In this document: positions 1 through 10,611 of the stretch, piece by piece
Position numbering within the stretch: position 1 is the stretch's first letter
Layout of the letters: every line of letters begins with the position of its first letter
Assembly (NCBI GenBank): GCA_963422565.1
Contig: OY730228.1
Span: 37,315-101,314 of the forward strand
Length of the DNA: 64,000 nt
Reading direction: 5' to 3'
DNA from: Alphaproteobacteria bacterium
Lineage (GTDB): Bacteria > Pseudomonadota > Alphaproteobacteria > MPNO01
Notes under the pieces: generated by a model
The model's input: the letters and a program-made list of their open reading frames with translations, nothing else
Databases searched by the model: none
What the model was told of the DNA's origin: nothing
Made by a program: the position numbers and the translations under genes

Positions 1-1200
1 CCAGGCCGGGTACAGCGTCGCGAGCAGCGACAGGCAGATCGACATCGCGACGACGCTCAGGACATCGTCGAGCTGGACCTTCGACGGGAGCCGGGACAGG
101 AAATAGATCTCGGCGGCGAACAGATCCGTGCCGGACAGGCTTTCGAGCCAGCCGCGCACGACCTCGATATTGTCGGCGAAGGCCAGTCCGAGGGCGAAGC
201 CGATCAGCGTTCCGAGCACCCCGATCGATGCGCCGGCGAGCAGGAACATGCGCATCACCGAGCCGCGGCTCGCGCCCATCGTGCGAAGGATCGCGATGTC
301 CGCGCCCTTGTCTTTCACGAGCATGATCAGGCTCGAGACGATGTTGAAGGCGGCGACGAGGATGATCAGGGTAAGGATGAGGAACATCACGTTGCGCTCG
401 ACCTCGATGGCGTTGAAGAACGTGGCGTTCGCGCGCTTCCAATCGACGATTCGCACCTTGCGGCCGGCGGCGGCGCGAAGGTCCTCGGCCAGCGCTTCGG
501 CGCGCTCGGGCCGGTCGAGAAAGACTTCGAGCCGGGTCACGCCCGCGCCCGATCGGAAATAGAGTCTCGCCGCGTCGAGAGGCATGAAGACGAAGCCGTT
601 GTCGTAGGTGAACATGCCGGCCTCGAAGATCGCCGCGATCCGATAGGTCTTGACGCGCGGAACGGTGCCGAAGACGGTGGCTCCGGTCTGCGGCGAGATC
701 AGGCGCAGCCTGTCGCCGACGGCGAGCCGGTAGCGGTCGGCGAAGCGGGTGCCGACCATGACCGCGTCGGATCCGCGAAACGCGGAAAGACTCCCGTCCC
801 GGATGTTGTCGGCGATCGCGGTCCGTTTCGCGACATCCGCCGGGCGAACGCCGCGCACGAGGGCGCCGCCAGCGACCCGGTTCGCGGTCGCCAGGACCTG
901 CCCCTCGACGATCGGGGCGACGCTGCGCACGCCGGGAATGGCGGCGAAACGTTTGGCCAGGCTGTCGAACTCGGTGAGCGCGGCGCCCGCCGCGCGCACT
1001 CCGAGATGTCCGTTGAGCCCCAGGATGCGCGACATCAGCTCGGCCCGGAATCCGTTCATGACGGACATGACGACGATCAGGGTCGCTACGCCCAGCGCGA
1101 TCCCGGCCAGCGAGAACGCCGCGATCACCGAGATGAAACCCTCCTCTCGGCGGGCGCTCAGATAGCGGAAGGCGACCATCCGCTCGATGGGGGAGAACAT
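1..1200 (-). CDS. lolE: Lipoprotein-releasing ABC transporter permease LolC/E (3' end runs off window)
   Basis: Manual reverse translation from ATG at 1200: MFSPIERMVAFRYLSARREEGFISVIAAFSLAGIALGVATLIVVMSVMNGFRAELMSRILGLNGH; later VAAFNIVSSLIMLVKDKGADIAILRTMGA; lies directly downstream of proS as in many Alphaproteobacteria. Confidence 0.93.
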   Translation of the reverse strand, partial: MFSPIERMVAFRYLSARREEGFISVIAAFSLAGIALGVATLIVVMSVMNGFRAELMSRILGLNGHLGVRAAGAALTEFDSLAKRFAAIPGVRSVAPIVEGQVLATANRVAGGALVRGVRPADVAKRTAIADNIRDGSLSAFRGSDAVMVGTRFADRYRLAVGDRLRLISPQTGATVFGTVPRVKTYRIAAIFEAGMFTYDNGFVFMPLDAARLYFRSGAGVTRLEVFLDRPERAEALAEDLRAAAGRKVRIVDWKRANATFFNAIEVERNVMFLILTLIILVAAFNIVSSLIMLVKDKGADIAILRTMGASRGSVMRMFLLAGASIGVLGTLIGFALGLAFADNIEVVRGWLESLSGTDLFAAEIYFLSRLPSKVQLDDVLSVVAMSICLSLLATLYPAW

Positions 1201-1268
1201 CGGGGTCGATCCCGGATCGTCGAACTTGGGCTCGGAAACGCGCGGCGGCGGTCGTGGACGGCGCGCCG

Positions 1269-2581
1269 TCAGGGGATCAGCCGCGCGAGCGCCGACTCTC
1301 CCGAGATCTCCGCGCGCGCGCTGGAGTCGCGGCGCCGGAGCTCGACCACGCCGTTCCCGATCCCGCGCGGGCCGACGACGAGCTGCCAGGGCAGGCCGAT
1401 CAGATCCATGTCGGCGAACTTGGCGCCGGCGCGATCCTCGCGATCGTCGAGCAGCGTCTCCACACCGGCGTCGTTCAGCTTGGCGTAGAGCGCCGCGCAG
1501 GCGTCGTCGCAGCCTGCGTCGCCGACCTTGAGGTTGATCAGCCCCACCTTGAACGGCGCCACGCTCTCCGGCCATTTGATGCCGGCGTCGTCGTGATGGG
1601 CCTCTATCACGGCGCCGACCAGACGCGAGACGCCGATCCCGTAGGAGCCCATCTCGAGATGGATTTCCTCGTCGTCGGGTCCTCTGACCGCGGCCCCCAT
1701 CGGCCTCGAATATTTGGTCCCGAAATAGAAGATATGCCCGACCTCGATCCCGCGCGCCTCGACAAGGCGGTCGCCGAGCGCCGCGGCCGCGGCGGGATCG
1801 TGCTTTTCGTCCGTCGCGGCGTAATGCCGTGTCCAGCTCTCGACCTCGGGCGAGAGATCGGCGTCGTAGTCGATCGCGTCGGCGAGCGCGTCCCGCTCGA
1901 TCAGGGCGCGGTCGCAATAGACCGCGCTCTCTCCGGTCCCGGCGAGGATGATGAACTCGTGGCTCAGGTCGCCGCCGATGGGGCCGGTATCGGCGCGCAT
2001 CGGGATCGCCTGGAGGCCGAGCTGGGCGAAAGTCCTAAGGTAGGATATGAACATCTTGTTGTAAGACCTTTTGGCACCTTCATAATCCAGGTCGAAAGAA
2101 TAGGCGTCCTTCATCAGGAACTCGCGCCCCCGCATGACTCCGAAGCGCGGCCGGAGCTCGTCCCGGAACTTCCATTGAATGTGGTAGAGCGTCTTCGGCA
2201 GCGCCCGGTAGCTCCTGACGTAATGGCGGAAAATCTCGGTGATCTGCTCCTCGTTGTCGGCCCGTACAGGAGGTCGCGGCCGTGGCGGTCGACGATCCGC
2301 AGCATCTCGGCGCCGTAGTCGTCGAAGCGCCCGCTCTCGCGCCACAGATCGGCCGATTGGATCGTCGGCATCAGCATCTCCTGGGCGCCCGACCGATCCT
2401 GCTCGGCGCGGACGATCCGTTCGATGTTCCGCAGGGCCCTCAGACCGAACGGCAGCCAGGAATAGATGCCGGCGCCCGCTTGCCGGATCAGCCCCGCGCG
2501 CAGCATGAGGCGGTGAGAAACGATCTGGGCCTCGGCCGGTACGTCCTTGGATGTAGGGAGAAAAAATCTGGAAAGGCGCAT
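1269..2581 (-). pseudogene. proS: Proline--tRNA ligase split by a 1-nt frameshift near 2256 (true lesion or assembly error)
   Basis: N-half [39 protein letters not shown] in one frame; C-half [55 protein letters not shown] in another. Confidence 0.9.
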
Positions 2582-2742
2582 CCGATCCTCTCGCGGTCCA
2601 TCCGACCCGCCCGCCGCAGGCCGGCGGACCATAGCGCAATCGCGATGCGGGTGGAATCGGCGGCTCGGCCGCCGTCTCCCGGAATCTTGCGATTCCGTCG
2701 AGGCCGATCCTATACTCTCGCCGCCGACCGACAGGGACTGCC

Positions 2743-3165
2743 GTGGTGGGTAGGATCGAGCTGCCGAAGGGCTACAGGCCGACCGAGAGAGAGCCCTTCA
2801 TGAACGCCCGGCAGCAGGAGTATTTCCGCAGACGTCTGCTGTCCTGGCGTGCGGAGTTGGTCCGCGAGTCGTCGGCGACGCTGCAGCATCTCCAGGAACA
2901 TCACTCGGCGCCGGCCGACCTCGCCGACCGGGCCAGCATGGAAAGCGTGCGTTCGGTCGAGCTGCGGACGCGGGACCGCGGCCGCAAGCTTATCGCAAAG
3001 ATCGATCGCGCCTTGGAGATGATCGACGAAGGGACCTACGGATACTGCGCGGAGACGTCCGAGCCGATCGGCATAAAGCGGCTGGTGGCGCGGCCGATCG
3101 CGACTCTCAGCCTCGAGGCGCAGGAACGCCATGAACGGCGCGAACGCGAATTTCGCGATGACTGA
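2743..3165 (+). CDS. dksA: RNA polymerase-binding protein DksA
   Basis: [18 protein letters not shown] (DxxDxA tip)..[28 protein letters not shown]; alphaproteobacterial one-Cys type. Confidence 0.95.
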   Translation: MVGRIELPKGYRPTEREPFMNARQQEYFRRRLLSWRAELVRESSATLQHLQEHHSAPADLADRASMESVRSVELRTRDRGRKLIAKIDRALEMIDEGTYGYCAETSEPIGIKRLVARPIATLSLEAQERHERREREFRDD

Positions 3166-3766
3166 CCGGCGGCCCGGTCCGCGATCGCGCCGGGCGGAGA
3201 TAGCGTTCGATCAACGTCACCGCTTCCTCCGAGTCCCATTCCGCATGGCCGACGAGCCGCCCGACCTCTCGACCGTCGCGGCCGACGAGGAGGGTCGTCG
3301 GCAGCGCGCGCACCCCCGCGGCCCGCGCGGTGGCCCCGCGCGGGTCGCGGTAGACCGCGAGGCGTTCGAGGCCGTGGGTTTCCAGGAACGATGCGATCCG
3401 GTCCCAGCCGTGGCGGTCCTGGGAGAGCGCGAGGACGGTGAGATCGGTTCCCGCGAGCCGGTCGCTCAGACGCAGGAGGGACGGCATCTCGCGCCGACAG
3501 GGGGCGCACCAGGTCGCCCAGAAATTGACGAGAACGACTTTGCCGCCGAAGTCTTCTAGCGTATAGCTCCTGCCGTCTCGATCCAGGAACGGCGTGTCGG
3601 GCGCGCGCGCCGTCGGAGAAGCGAAGGAGAAGTTCTGCATCCAGCCGGTCGGCGGCGCCCCCCCGTCGCCGCCCTCGGCGGTCGGGTGGAACGCGCCGGC
3701 GAGGATCGCCGCCGCCGAAGCGGCCGCAAGCCGCCGCAGACTCGGCGAACGTGTGCGGCGTTTCAT
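3107..3766 (-). CDS. tlpA: TlpA-family thiol:disulfide oxidoreductase
   Basis: [24 protein letters not shown] cis-Pro motif, N-terminal export signal; divergent from argH as is typical. Confidence 0.9.
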   Translation of the reverse strand: MKRRTRSPSLRRLAAASAAAILAGAFHPTAEGGDGGAPPTGWMQNFSFASPTARAPDTPFLDRDGRSYTLEDFGGKVVLVNFWATWCAPCRREMPSLLRLSDRLAGTDLTVLALSQDRHGWDRIASFLETHGLERLAVYRDPRGATARAAGVRALPTTLLVGRDGREVGRLVGHAEWDSEEAVTLIERYLRPARSRTGPPVSHREIRVRAVHGVPAPRG

Positions 3767-3781
3767 GTCACGGGAGTCTCA

Positions 3782-5188
3782 ATGAGCATCAAGCCTTCCA
3801 GCACGGGGCGGAACCGCGCGCTCTGGGGCGGCCGGTTCTCCTCCGATCAAAGTGCGCTCCTGGAGCAGATTAGCGCCTCGATCGATTTCGACAAGCGGCT
3901 CTACGCCGAGGACATCGAGGGGTCCAAGGCGCATTGCGACATGCTGGTGAAAACCGGGATCGTCGCCGCCGAGGACGGGGGACGAATCCGGGACGGGCTC
4001 GATCGGATATTGGCCGAGATCGAAGCCGGGGCCTTCGACTTTTCGCGCGCCCGAGAGGATATCCACCTCAATGTCGAGGCGCGGCTGACCGAGCTGATCG
4101 GCGATGCGGCGGGGCGGCTGCACACCGCGCGCTCGCGCAACGATCAGGTCGCGACGGATTTGCGGTTGTGGCTCCGACGGCGCATCGCCGAGACCGATAC
4201 GGCGCTCGCAGGGCTCCAGTCGGTGTTGATCGCGCGCGCCGAACGGCATGCCGCCTCGGTGATGCCGGGCTTCACCCATCTCCAGACGGCGCAGCCCGTA
4301 ACGCTGGGCCACCATCTTCTCGCCTATGTGGAGATGTTCGGGAGGGATCGCGGCAGGTTCGCGGACGCGCGCAAGCGGCTCAACGAATGCCCGTTGGGAG
4401 CGGCCGCGCTCGGCGGCACCTCCTATCCGATCGACCGCGATATGACCGCCCGCGCGCTCGGTTTCGATCGGCCGGCGGCGAATTCGCTCGACGCGGTCTC
4501 GGACCGCGACTTCGTTCTCGAATATCTCGGTGCCGCCTGTCTGACGGCGGGGCATCTCTCGCGCCTCGGGGAGGAGCTCGTCCTCTGGTGCTCGGCGCAG
4601 TTCGGGTTCGTCGCGCTCGGCGACGCGTTCACCACCGGCAGTTCGATCATGCCCCAGAAGCGCAACCCCGACGCGGCGGAGCTGGTCCGCGCGAAGACCG
4701 GACGGCTCTTCGGCGCGCTGACCTCGGTGCAGGTGGCCATGAAGGGTCTGCCGCTCGCCTATTCGAAGGACATGCAGGAGGACAAGGAACCCCTGTTCGA
4801 TGCCGTCGACACGCTGGCGTTGGCGATCGCGGCGATGACCGGGATGATCGCCGATGCGCGGTTCGAGACCGGCGCGATGCGGGCGGCGGCGGAGCGGGGG
4901 TTCGCGACCGCGACCGATCTTGCCGACTGGCTCGTCCGCAGCCTCGACGTTCCGTTTCGCCGCGCCCATCGGATCGCCGGCGAGCTGGTCAGGAAGGCGG
5001 AGGAGGCGGGGTGCGGCCTGGGCGACCTTCCGTTGGAGACCCTGCGGAGCGTCGAGCCCCGATTGACGGCGGCGGTCTTCGACGTGCTCGACATAGATCG
5101 GGCGGTGGAGAGCCGCGGCAGCTACGGCGGTACGGCGCCCGACCGGGTCCGCGCGGCGGCGGCGGCGGCCCGGGAGCGCTATCTGTGA
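3782..5188 (+). CDS. argH: Argininosuccinate lyase
   Basis: [43 protein letters not shown] signature. Confidence 0.98.
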   Translation: MSIKPSSTGRNRALWGGRFSSDQSALLEQISASIDFDKRLYAEDIEGSKAHCDMLVKTGIVAAEDGGRIRDGLDRILAEIEAGAFDFSRAREDIHLNVEARLTELIGDAAGRLHTARSRNDQVATDLRLWLRRRIAETDTALAGLQSVLIARAERHAASVMPGFTHLQTAQPVTLGHHLLAYVEMFGRDRGRFADARKRLNECPLGAAALGGTSYPIDRDMTARALGFDRPAANSLDAVSDRDFVLEYLGAACLTAGHLSRLGEELVLWCSAQFGFVALGDAFTTGSSIMPQKRNPDAAELVRAKTGRLFGALTSVQVAMKGLPLAYSKDMQEDKEPLFDAVDTLALAIAAMTGMIADARFETGAMRAAAERGFATATDLADWLVRSLDVPFRRAHRIAGELVRKAEEAGCGLGDLPLETLRSVEPRLTAAVFDVLDIDRAVESRGSYGGTAPDRVRAAAAAARERYL

Positions 5189-5328
5189 ACCGGCTCGTGA
5201 ACCGGCGCGGTTGGTTCCGCTGGCTGTCGGCGGCCGTCCTGGCCGGCCTCCCCGGCTGCGGCAGGAAGAACGACCCGAAGCCGCCCAGGGAAGAGGCGGA
5301 ACCCTATCCGCGACGCTATCCGAGGTGA
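5185..5328 (+). CDS. Small outer-membrane lipoprotein (LppL/LptM-like)
   Basis: GTG overlaps argH stop, TGA overlaps lysA GTG; [34 protein letters not shown] has a lipobox followed by CGxK..PP; conserved position upstream of lysA. Confidence 0.75.
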   Translation: MNRLVNRRGWFRWLSAAVLAGLPGCGRKNDPKPPREEAEPYPRRYPR

Positions 5329-6593
5329 CCGCGTTCGCCTATCGCGGCGGCGTTCTCCATGCCGAGGCGGTATGTTTGGAAGACATCGCCGGAGACGTGG
5401 GCACGCCGGTCTACGTCTACTCGCAGACCGCCATCGAGCGCGCCTATCGCAGCCTCGCCGACAGTATCGACGCGCGGATATGCTATGCGGTCAAGGCGAA
5501 CTCCAACCAGGCGGTGATCGCGACCCTGGCCCGGCTCGGGGCCGGCGCAGACGTGGTCTCGGGCGGCGAGCTCGCGCGCGCCATCGCCGCAGGCGTCCCG
5601 CCTGGGGAAATCGTCTTCTCGGGCGTCGGCAAGACCCGGGAGGAGATAGCTCGGGCGATCGCGCTAGGCGTCGGGCAGATCAATGTCGAATCCGAACCCG
5701 AGCTGCGGGCGGTTTCCGAGCTGGCATGCGCCGCGGCGCGCAGCGCCGTCGTCGGAGTGCGGGTCAACCCTGACGTGGATGTCAACACCCACCGGAAGAT
5801 CGCGACCGGCGGCCGACTGCACAAGTTCGGAATCCCCTATCAGGACGTGGCCCGCCTCTACGCCCAGGCGCACGGCTTGCCCGGGCTTCGCGTCGCCGGG
5901 CTGGCCGTCCATATCGGCTCCCAGCTTCTCGACCCCGCGCCTTTCGAGCGGGCCTATCGCCGCCTGGCCGGGCTGGTCTCGGCGCTGCGCGCGGACGGTT
6001 TTTCGGTGGAGAAGCTGGATCTCGGAGGAGGGCTCGGGATCGCCTATACCGCCGAGCGGGCGCTCGACCCGACGGTTCTGGCGGATGTCGTGGCCCGCAC
6101 CTTGGGCGGGCTCGGCTGCGCGCTGGTCGTCGAGCCCGGGCGCTATCTTGTCGGCAATGCGGGCATTCTCCTCACCCGGGTGATCCTGACCAAGAGGACG
6201 CCGGGCAGGACCTTCGTCGTGGTGGATGCCGCGATGAACGATTTGCTTCGCCCGACCCTCTACGACGCCGTTCACCCGGTGATGGGCGTCCGGCGGGCGC
6301 CGCCCGACGCGCGCCGTGCGGCCGCGGACATCGTGGGACCCGTCTGCGAGACCGGAGACGTGCTTGCGACCGCCGTCGAGCTGCCGTCTCTCGCGGCGGG
6401 AGACCTGCTGGCGATCGGCGGCGCGGGCGCCTACGGCGCGGTGATGGCGTCCAGCTATAACGGCCGCGCGCTTGTCGGCGAAACGATGGTGTGTGAAGAT
6501 CGATTTGCCGTGATTCGGCCGCGGCTGGATCCTGCGGAGCTTCTGGCGCTGGATCGGCTGCCGCCATGGCTGTCCGGGCCGAAGGCGGGCTAG
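5325..6593 (+). CDS. lysA: Diaminopimelate decarboxylase
   Basis: YAVKANSN PLP lysine, HIGSQ, DLGGGLG, EPGR, GPVCETGD, GAYGAVMASSYN. Confidence 0.97.
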   Translation: MTAFAYRGGVLHAEAVCLEDIAGDVGTPVYVYSQTAIERAYRSLADSIDARICYAVKANSNQAVIATLARLGAGADVVSGGELARAIAAGVPPGEIVFSGVGKTREEIARAIALGVGQINVESEPELRAVSELACAAARSAVVGVRVNPDVDVNTHRKIATGGRLHKFGIPYQDVARLYAQAHGLPGLRVAGLAVHIGSQLLDPAPFERAYRRLAGLVSALRADGFSVEKLDLGGGLGIAYTAERALDPTVLADVVARTLGGLGCALVVEPGRYLVGNAGILLTRVILTKRTPGRTFVVVDAAMNDLLRPTLYDAVHPVMGVRRAPPDARRAAADIVGPVCETGDVLATAVELPSLAAGDLLAIGGAGAYGAVMASSYNGRALVGETMVCEDRFAVIRPRLDPAELLALDRLPPWLSGPKAG

Positions 6594-6612
6594 GCCGGGG
6601 AGGGGACGCTCG

Positions 6613-9123
6613 ATGACGGCGGAACCGGGTACCCAAAGCGGGCAGGGCGCGGCGGGCCGTTCGCTGCCGGGCGGCTATCGCTTCCGGATCGGCCTCGCTC
6701 TGCTGGTCATCGGCTGGGAGCGCCTCTGGCGTGCGCTGTGGCCGGTCCTCGTGCTCGCGGCGGTATTCGCGGCCCTGGCTTTGCTCGGGCTGCCGCCGCT
6801 GCTCCCCGGCTTTCTCCATGCGGCGCTGATCGCCGGCTTCGCATGCGGCTTCGCGGTGCTGCTCTGGTACGGGGCCGCGTCGCTCGTCCTGCCCCGGCGG
6901 GCCGAGGCGCGCCGCCGGATCGAGCTCGGCAGCGGTCTCGCGCACCGACCGCTTCAAGCCCTCGACGATCGCCTGGCCGAAGGCGTCGGCAGCGACGAAG
7001 CGCGGCGGCTCTGGCAGGCCCATCGGGCGCGGATGCGGGCGTTGGCGAAACGGCTCAGGGTCGGCTTTCCCGAGCCCGGCCTCGCCGCGCGCGATCCGCT
7101 CGCCCTGCGGTTTGCCGCGGCTCTGCTCATGTTTGTCGCCCTGTCCGGCGGCTGGTCCGAGGCACCGCAGCGGCTGCGCGCCGCGCTGTCACCCGATCTG
7201 CTTCCGGCGTCGACCGCGCCTCCTCCGGTTCTGCAGCTCTGGATCACGCCGCCCGCCTATACCGGTCTGGCCCCGATCTTCCCGAGCCGGATCGCCTCGG
7301 CGCGGCCCGAAGCGGCGGACCTCCCCGCGGAGGACGGCACCGAGGACGCCTCGGTCATACGGGTGCCCGCAGGGAGCGGCCTGACGGGGCGGCTGTCCGG
7401 CGGTTCCGGGCAGGCCTCCCTCGTCCTCGGCGAGGAGACGTTGCCCTTCGAGCCGGTCGATGCGCGCAACGCGGCGATCGAAGCGCCGATCGGCGCTTCG
7501 GGGCGGCTCGCGGTCCTCCAGGGGGAGCGGGTCCTTGCCGAATGGCGGGTCGCGCTGATCCCCGATCGCCCGCCGGAGATCGGCTTCACCGATCCGCCCG
7601 CCGCCACCCGGCGGCAGGCATTGTCGATCTCGTTCGCCGCGGCGGACGATTACGGGATCGAAGAGGTCGGGGCGGAGATCAGACGCAGCTACGAACGCGG
7701 CGCCGTGATCGGCAAGGAGGTTGAGGCGCTCGATCTGATCCTGCCCGACGCCGGCCCGAGGTCGGCGAAGGAGACCAGCTATCACGATTTGACGCCTCAT
7801 CGCTGGGCCGGCCTGCCCGTCGTCGTGCGGCTGTGGGCGGCCGACGCCCTCGGGCAGACCTCGTTCAGCGAGGACGCCGGTCTGGTCCTGCCCGAGCGCG
7901 ATTTCCGTCACCCCGTCGCGCGCGCGGTGATCGCCGAGCGCAGGCGGCTGGTGAACGAACCGGTTCCGCGTCGGTCGATCGCCGACGCCTTGGCCGGAAT
8001 CGCCGCCAGACCCTGGGAGTTCGGGCACGATATAACGGCGTTCCTGGCGCTCTCCAGCGCCCATGCCCGGCTAAGACATGACGGCAGCGGCGACGCGTTC
8101 GGCTCGGTCGGAGACCTTCTTTGGGAGACGGCGCTTGGGATCGAGGAGGGCCGGCTGTCGCTCGTGGAGCGCGAGCTGCGCCGGGCGCGCCGCGCCCTCG
8201 CCGAGGCCCTGGCGCGCGGCGCCCCGGACCAGGAGCTCGACCGGTTGATGGACGAGCTTCAACGGGCGGTCGAGCGCTTCGCCCGCGAGCTCGCCGAACG
8301 GCTTCGCCGCCGGCCCGACTCGACGCGGGACATGCAGTTCGACCCGCGAATGGGGCTCCTAGAAGCGACCGACCTGCGGCAGATGATGGAGCAGATGCGC
8401 GATCTGCTCCGGGCGGGCGCCCGCGACGCCGCCCGCGAGATGCTCGCCCGGTTGCAGAACCTCCTGGAGAATCTTCGCGCCGGGCGCCCGATGCCGATGA
8501 ACCCGCAGATGCAGGCCGGGAGCCAGGCTCTGAGCGACCTTCAGAAGCTGATCCGGCAGCAGACGGAGCTCATGAACCGAAGCTTCGGACAGTCCCGGTC
8601 CGGGCGCGGGCCGCAGCCGGGCGAATCGCGCAGCGGGGCGGCGACGCAGCGCGCGCTTCGCGAGGCGCTGGAGAGGCTGCGCGAGGCGTTGCGCCGGGCG
8701 GGCATGCTCGATCCTCGGGGCGGCGCCGAGCAGGCCATGGACGGGGCCGGTCGGAATATGGGCGATTCGGCCCGGGCGCTGGACCGCAACGCGCCCGGCG
8801 ACTCGGTCGGACCCCAGGGCCGCGCGATCGAAGCACTGCAACGCGCGGGCAGCGGGATCGTTCGGCAGATGATGGAACGGGTCGGGCGCGATAACGGAAT
8901 GGGGCTCGGCCAGCAGTTCGTGCCGGCGCAGCATCGCCGCGATCCGTTCGGCAGGTTCTCGCCGGACCGGGGAGGCGCGGACACACGGGACCTGACGATC
9001 CCCGATGCCGGTGCGGTTCGGCGCAGCCAGCGCATCCTCGAGGAGCTCCGGCATCGGTCCGGGCAACGCCAGCGGCCGTCTTACGAGCTGGACTATATCG
9101 AGCGATTGCTGCGCCGGTTTTGA
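6613..9123 (+). CDS. TIGR02302 / DUF4175 family membrane-anchored protein
   Basis: N-terminal TM helices (WERLWRALWP), WITPPAYTG, DDYG, LPERxFxHPxARAxI, C-terminal DPFGR..ELDYIERLL; follows lysA as usual. Confidence 0.88.
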   Translation: MTAEPGTQSGQGAAGRSLPGGYRFRIGLALLVIGWERLWRALWPVLVLAAVFAALALLGLPPLLPGFLHAALIAGFACGFAVLLWYGAASLVLPRRAEARRRIELGSGLAHRPLQALDDRLAEGVGSDEARRLWQAHRARMRALAKRLRVGFPEPGLAARDPLALRFAAALLMFVALSGGWSEAPQRLRAALSPDLLPASTAPPPVLQLWITPPAYTGLAPIFPSRIASARPEAADLPAEDGTEDASVIRVPAGSGLTGRLSGGSGQASLVLGEETLPFEPVDARNAAIEAPIGASGRLAVLQGERVLAEWRVALIPDRPPEIGFTDPPAATRRQALSISFAAADDYGIEEVGAEIRRSYERGAVIGKEVEALDLILPDAGPRSAKETSYHDLTPHRWAGLPVVVRLWAADALGQTSFSEDAGLVLPERDFRHPVARAVIAERRRLVNEPVPRRSIADALAGIAARPWEFGHDITAFLALSSAHARLRHDGSGDAFGSVGDLLWETALGIEEGRLSLVERELRRARRALAEALARGAPDQELDRLMDELQRAVERFARELAERLRRRPDSTRDMQFDPRMGLLEATDLRQMMEQMRDLLRAGARDAAREMLARLQNLLENLRAGRPMPMNPQMQAGSQALSDLQKLIRQQTELMNRSFGQSRSGRGPQPGESRSGAATQRALREALERLREALRRAGMLDPRGGAEQAMDGAGRNMGDSARALDRNAPGDSVGPQGRAIEALQRAGSGIVRQMMERVGRDNGMGLGQQFVPAQHRRDPFGRFSPDRGGADTRDLTIPDAGAVRRSQRILEELRHRSGQRQRPSYELDYIERLLRRF

Positions 9124-9148
9124 GCGTCCGTCCACGCGGCGTCTGCGC

Positions 9149-9685
9149 TCAGTCGTCGAGCGCCGCGATATGTGGAAGGCCGCGATAATGATGGGCGTAG
9201 TCGAGGCCGTATCCGACGACGAATCGATCGCCGATTCGGAAGCCGCAGAAATCAGCTTCGATCTCGACGCTGCGCTTTCCCGTCTTGTCGAGCAACAGAC
9301 AGGTCTTGACGTGTCTCGCGCCCCGATCAAGCAGGAGACTCCGGGCGAAAAGGAGGGTCCGGCCCGATTCCAGTATATCGTCGATCAACAGGACATCGCG
9401 CCCTTCCACGCTTTCCGAAATGTCGCGCGTGAGCAGGACCTCGCCCGAACTCGTGCTGCCGGCGCCGTAGCTCGACAGGGTCATGAAATCGACCTGGGCC
9501 TCGACGCCCGCACGCTCCAACGCTCGAATCAGGTCGGCGGCGAATACGAAGCTTCCCTTCAGAATGACGATCGCCAGGATATCCCGTGGCATCGTCGCGG
9601 CGATCTCGCCGGCCAACCCGCCGACTCGATGCGCGATGTCCGTCTCGGCGATCAGAACCTCGATCGCGTTCCTGGATCTGGGCAT
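9149..9685 (-). CDS. hpt: Hypoxanthine phosphoribosyltransferase
   Basis: ILKGSFVFAADL, LSSYG, VLLIDDILESGRTL, FVVGYGLDY. Confidence 0.96.
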   Translation of the reverse strand: MPRSRNAIEVLIAETDIAHRVGGLAGEIAATMPRDILAIVILKGSFVFAADLIRALERAGVEAQVDFMTLSSYGAGSTSSGEVLLTRDISESVEGRDVLLIDDILESGRTLLFARSLLLDRGARHVKTCLLLDKTGKRSVEIEADFCGFRIGDRFVVGYGLDYAHHYRGLPHIAALDD

Positions 9686-9686
9686 G

Positions 9687-10286
9687 TCATCTCGCTTCGT
9701 GAAAGAAGACAGAAATTCGCTCCGCCGCTTCGACCGGGGCGTCGAGTTCGGCTTCGAAGCCGACATGCTGGAACGCGGCCAGTCTCTCGACCGGCGGGGC
9801 GAATGTCCACCTCTGGACCGGACGGTTCTCGGCGTCGAAGAGCAGGACGCGAATGAGCGGGACGTCGCGTGCGGAGCCGATCGTGTTATGGATGCGCCCG
9901 GCGACGCGGAGGCTTTTCCGGTCGCCGGTCACGCTCGCGTTGGCCGGCGAAACGCCGAGATGGAGGCCCAGGCCGACCGGACCGCGCCCGTCGGCGACCG
10001 TTCCCAAACGGGCGGCCAAGCCGGGCCATGCGGATCTTAGGGTTCCCGCGCTTTGCAGCCCCATCCATCCGAGGGCGGCCAGGAGCGCAGCCGCCGCGGC
10101 AAATGCGGGCCAGCGCCGCCGGCGTCTTCGGCTCTCCGACGGCGTCCCGCGGTCTTCGGGTGCCTCCGCCCGCCCGGCGGGCCAGCACGCACCGCATCGT
10201 CCGCAGCGCACGCGGCGGCCGTGAGAACCGATCTCTTCGGCGTTGGCCAGAAATCGCGTGCTGCAGCTCGGACAGGCGAGGATCAT
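9687..10286 (-). CDS. MJ0042-type zinc-ribbon / DUF3426 membrane protein
   Basis: MILACPSCSTRF...GRRVRCGRCGACW, one TM helix, C-terminal periplasmic beta domain. Confidence 0.88.
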   Translation of the reverse strand: MILACPSCSTRFLANAEEIGSHGRRVRCGRCGACWPAGRAEAPEDRGTPSESRRRRRRWPAFAAAAALLAALGWMGLQSAGTLRSAWPGLAARLGTVADGRGPVGLGLHLGVSPANASVTGDRKSLRVAGRIHNTIGSARDVPLIRVLLFDAENRPVQRWTFAPPVERLAAFQHVGFEAELDAPVEAAERISVFFHEAR

Positions 10287-10611
10287 CCCGTCTCGAAGAC
10301 ATGGAGGACGGTGCCGGGCAGTTATAGGTCGCGCGTCGGCGGCGGACAAGGTTTCCCGCCGGGCCGGCAATACGGCGGCGCCTGGCGCGTCCGCAGGCTC
10401 TACGCCGCTGTCGGCAACGCCGATGCCATGACCATGCCCGAGGCGCGCGCCGCGCCCCGATGTGAACGACGGCAGCGATTTGCTACTTTGTGCTTCCTGT
10501 AATCATGCTCGGAAGTCGTGCGGTGGTTCGGGAACCGTTTCCGCAGCTGCGCGGCGGGCGCCGCCGCGCCGCTCCGCATCGTCGTCACGGCTCCGGCGCT
10601 TCGGTGACGGG

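Noticed and set aside
2245-2270. Programmed -1 ribosomal frameshift in proS
   Set aside because: No slippery heptamer or homopolymer at the site; retained only as an unexplained indel
2743-3165. DksA lacking the four-Cys zinc finger
   Set aside because: Normal for alphaproteobacterial DksA
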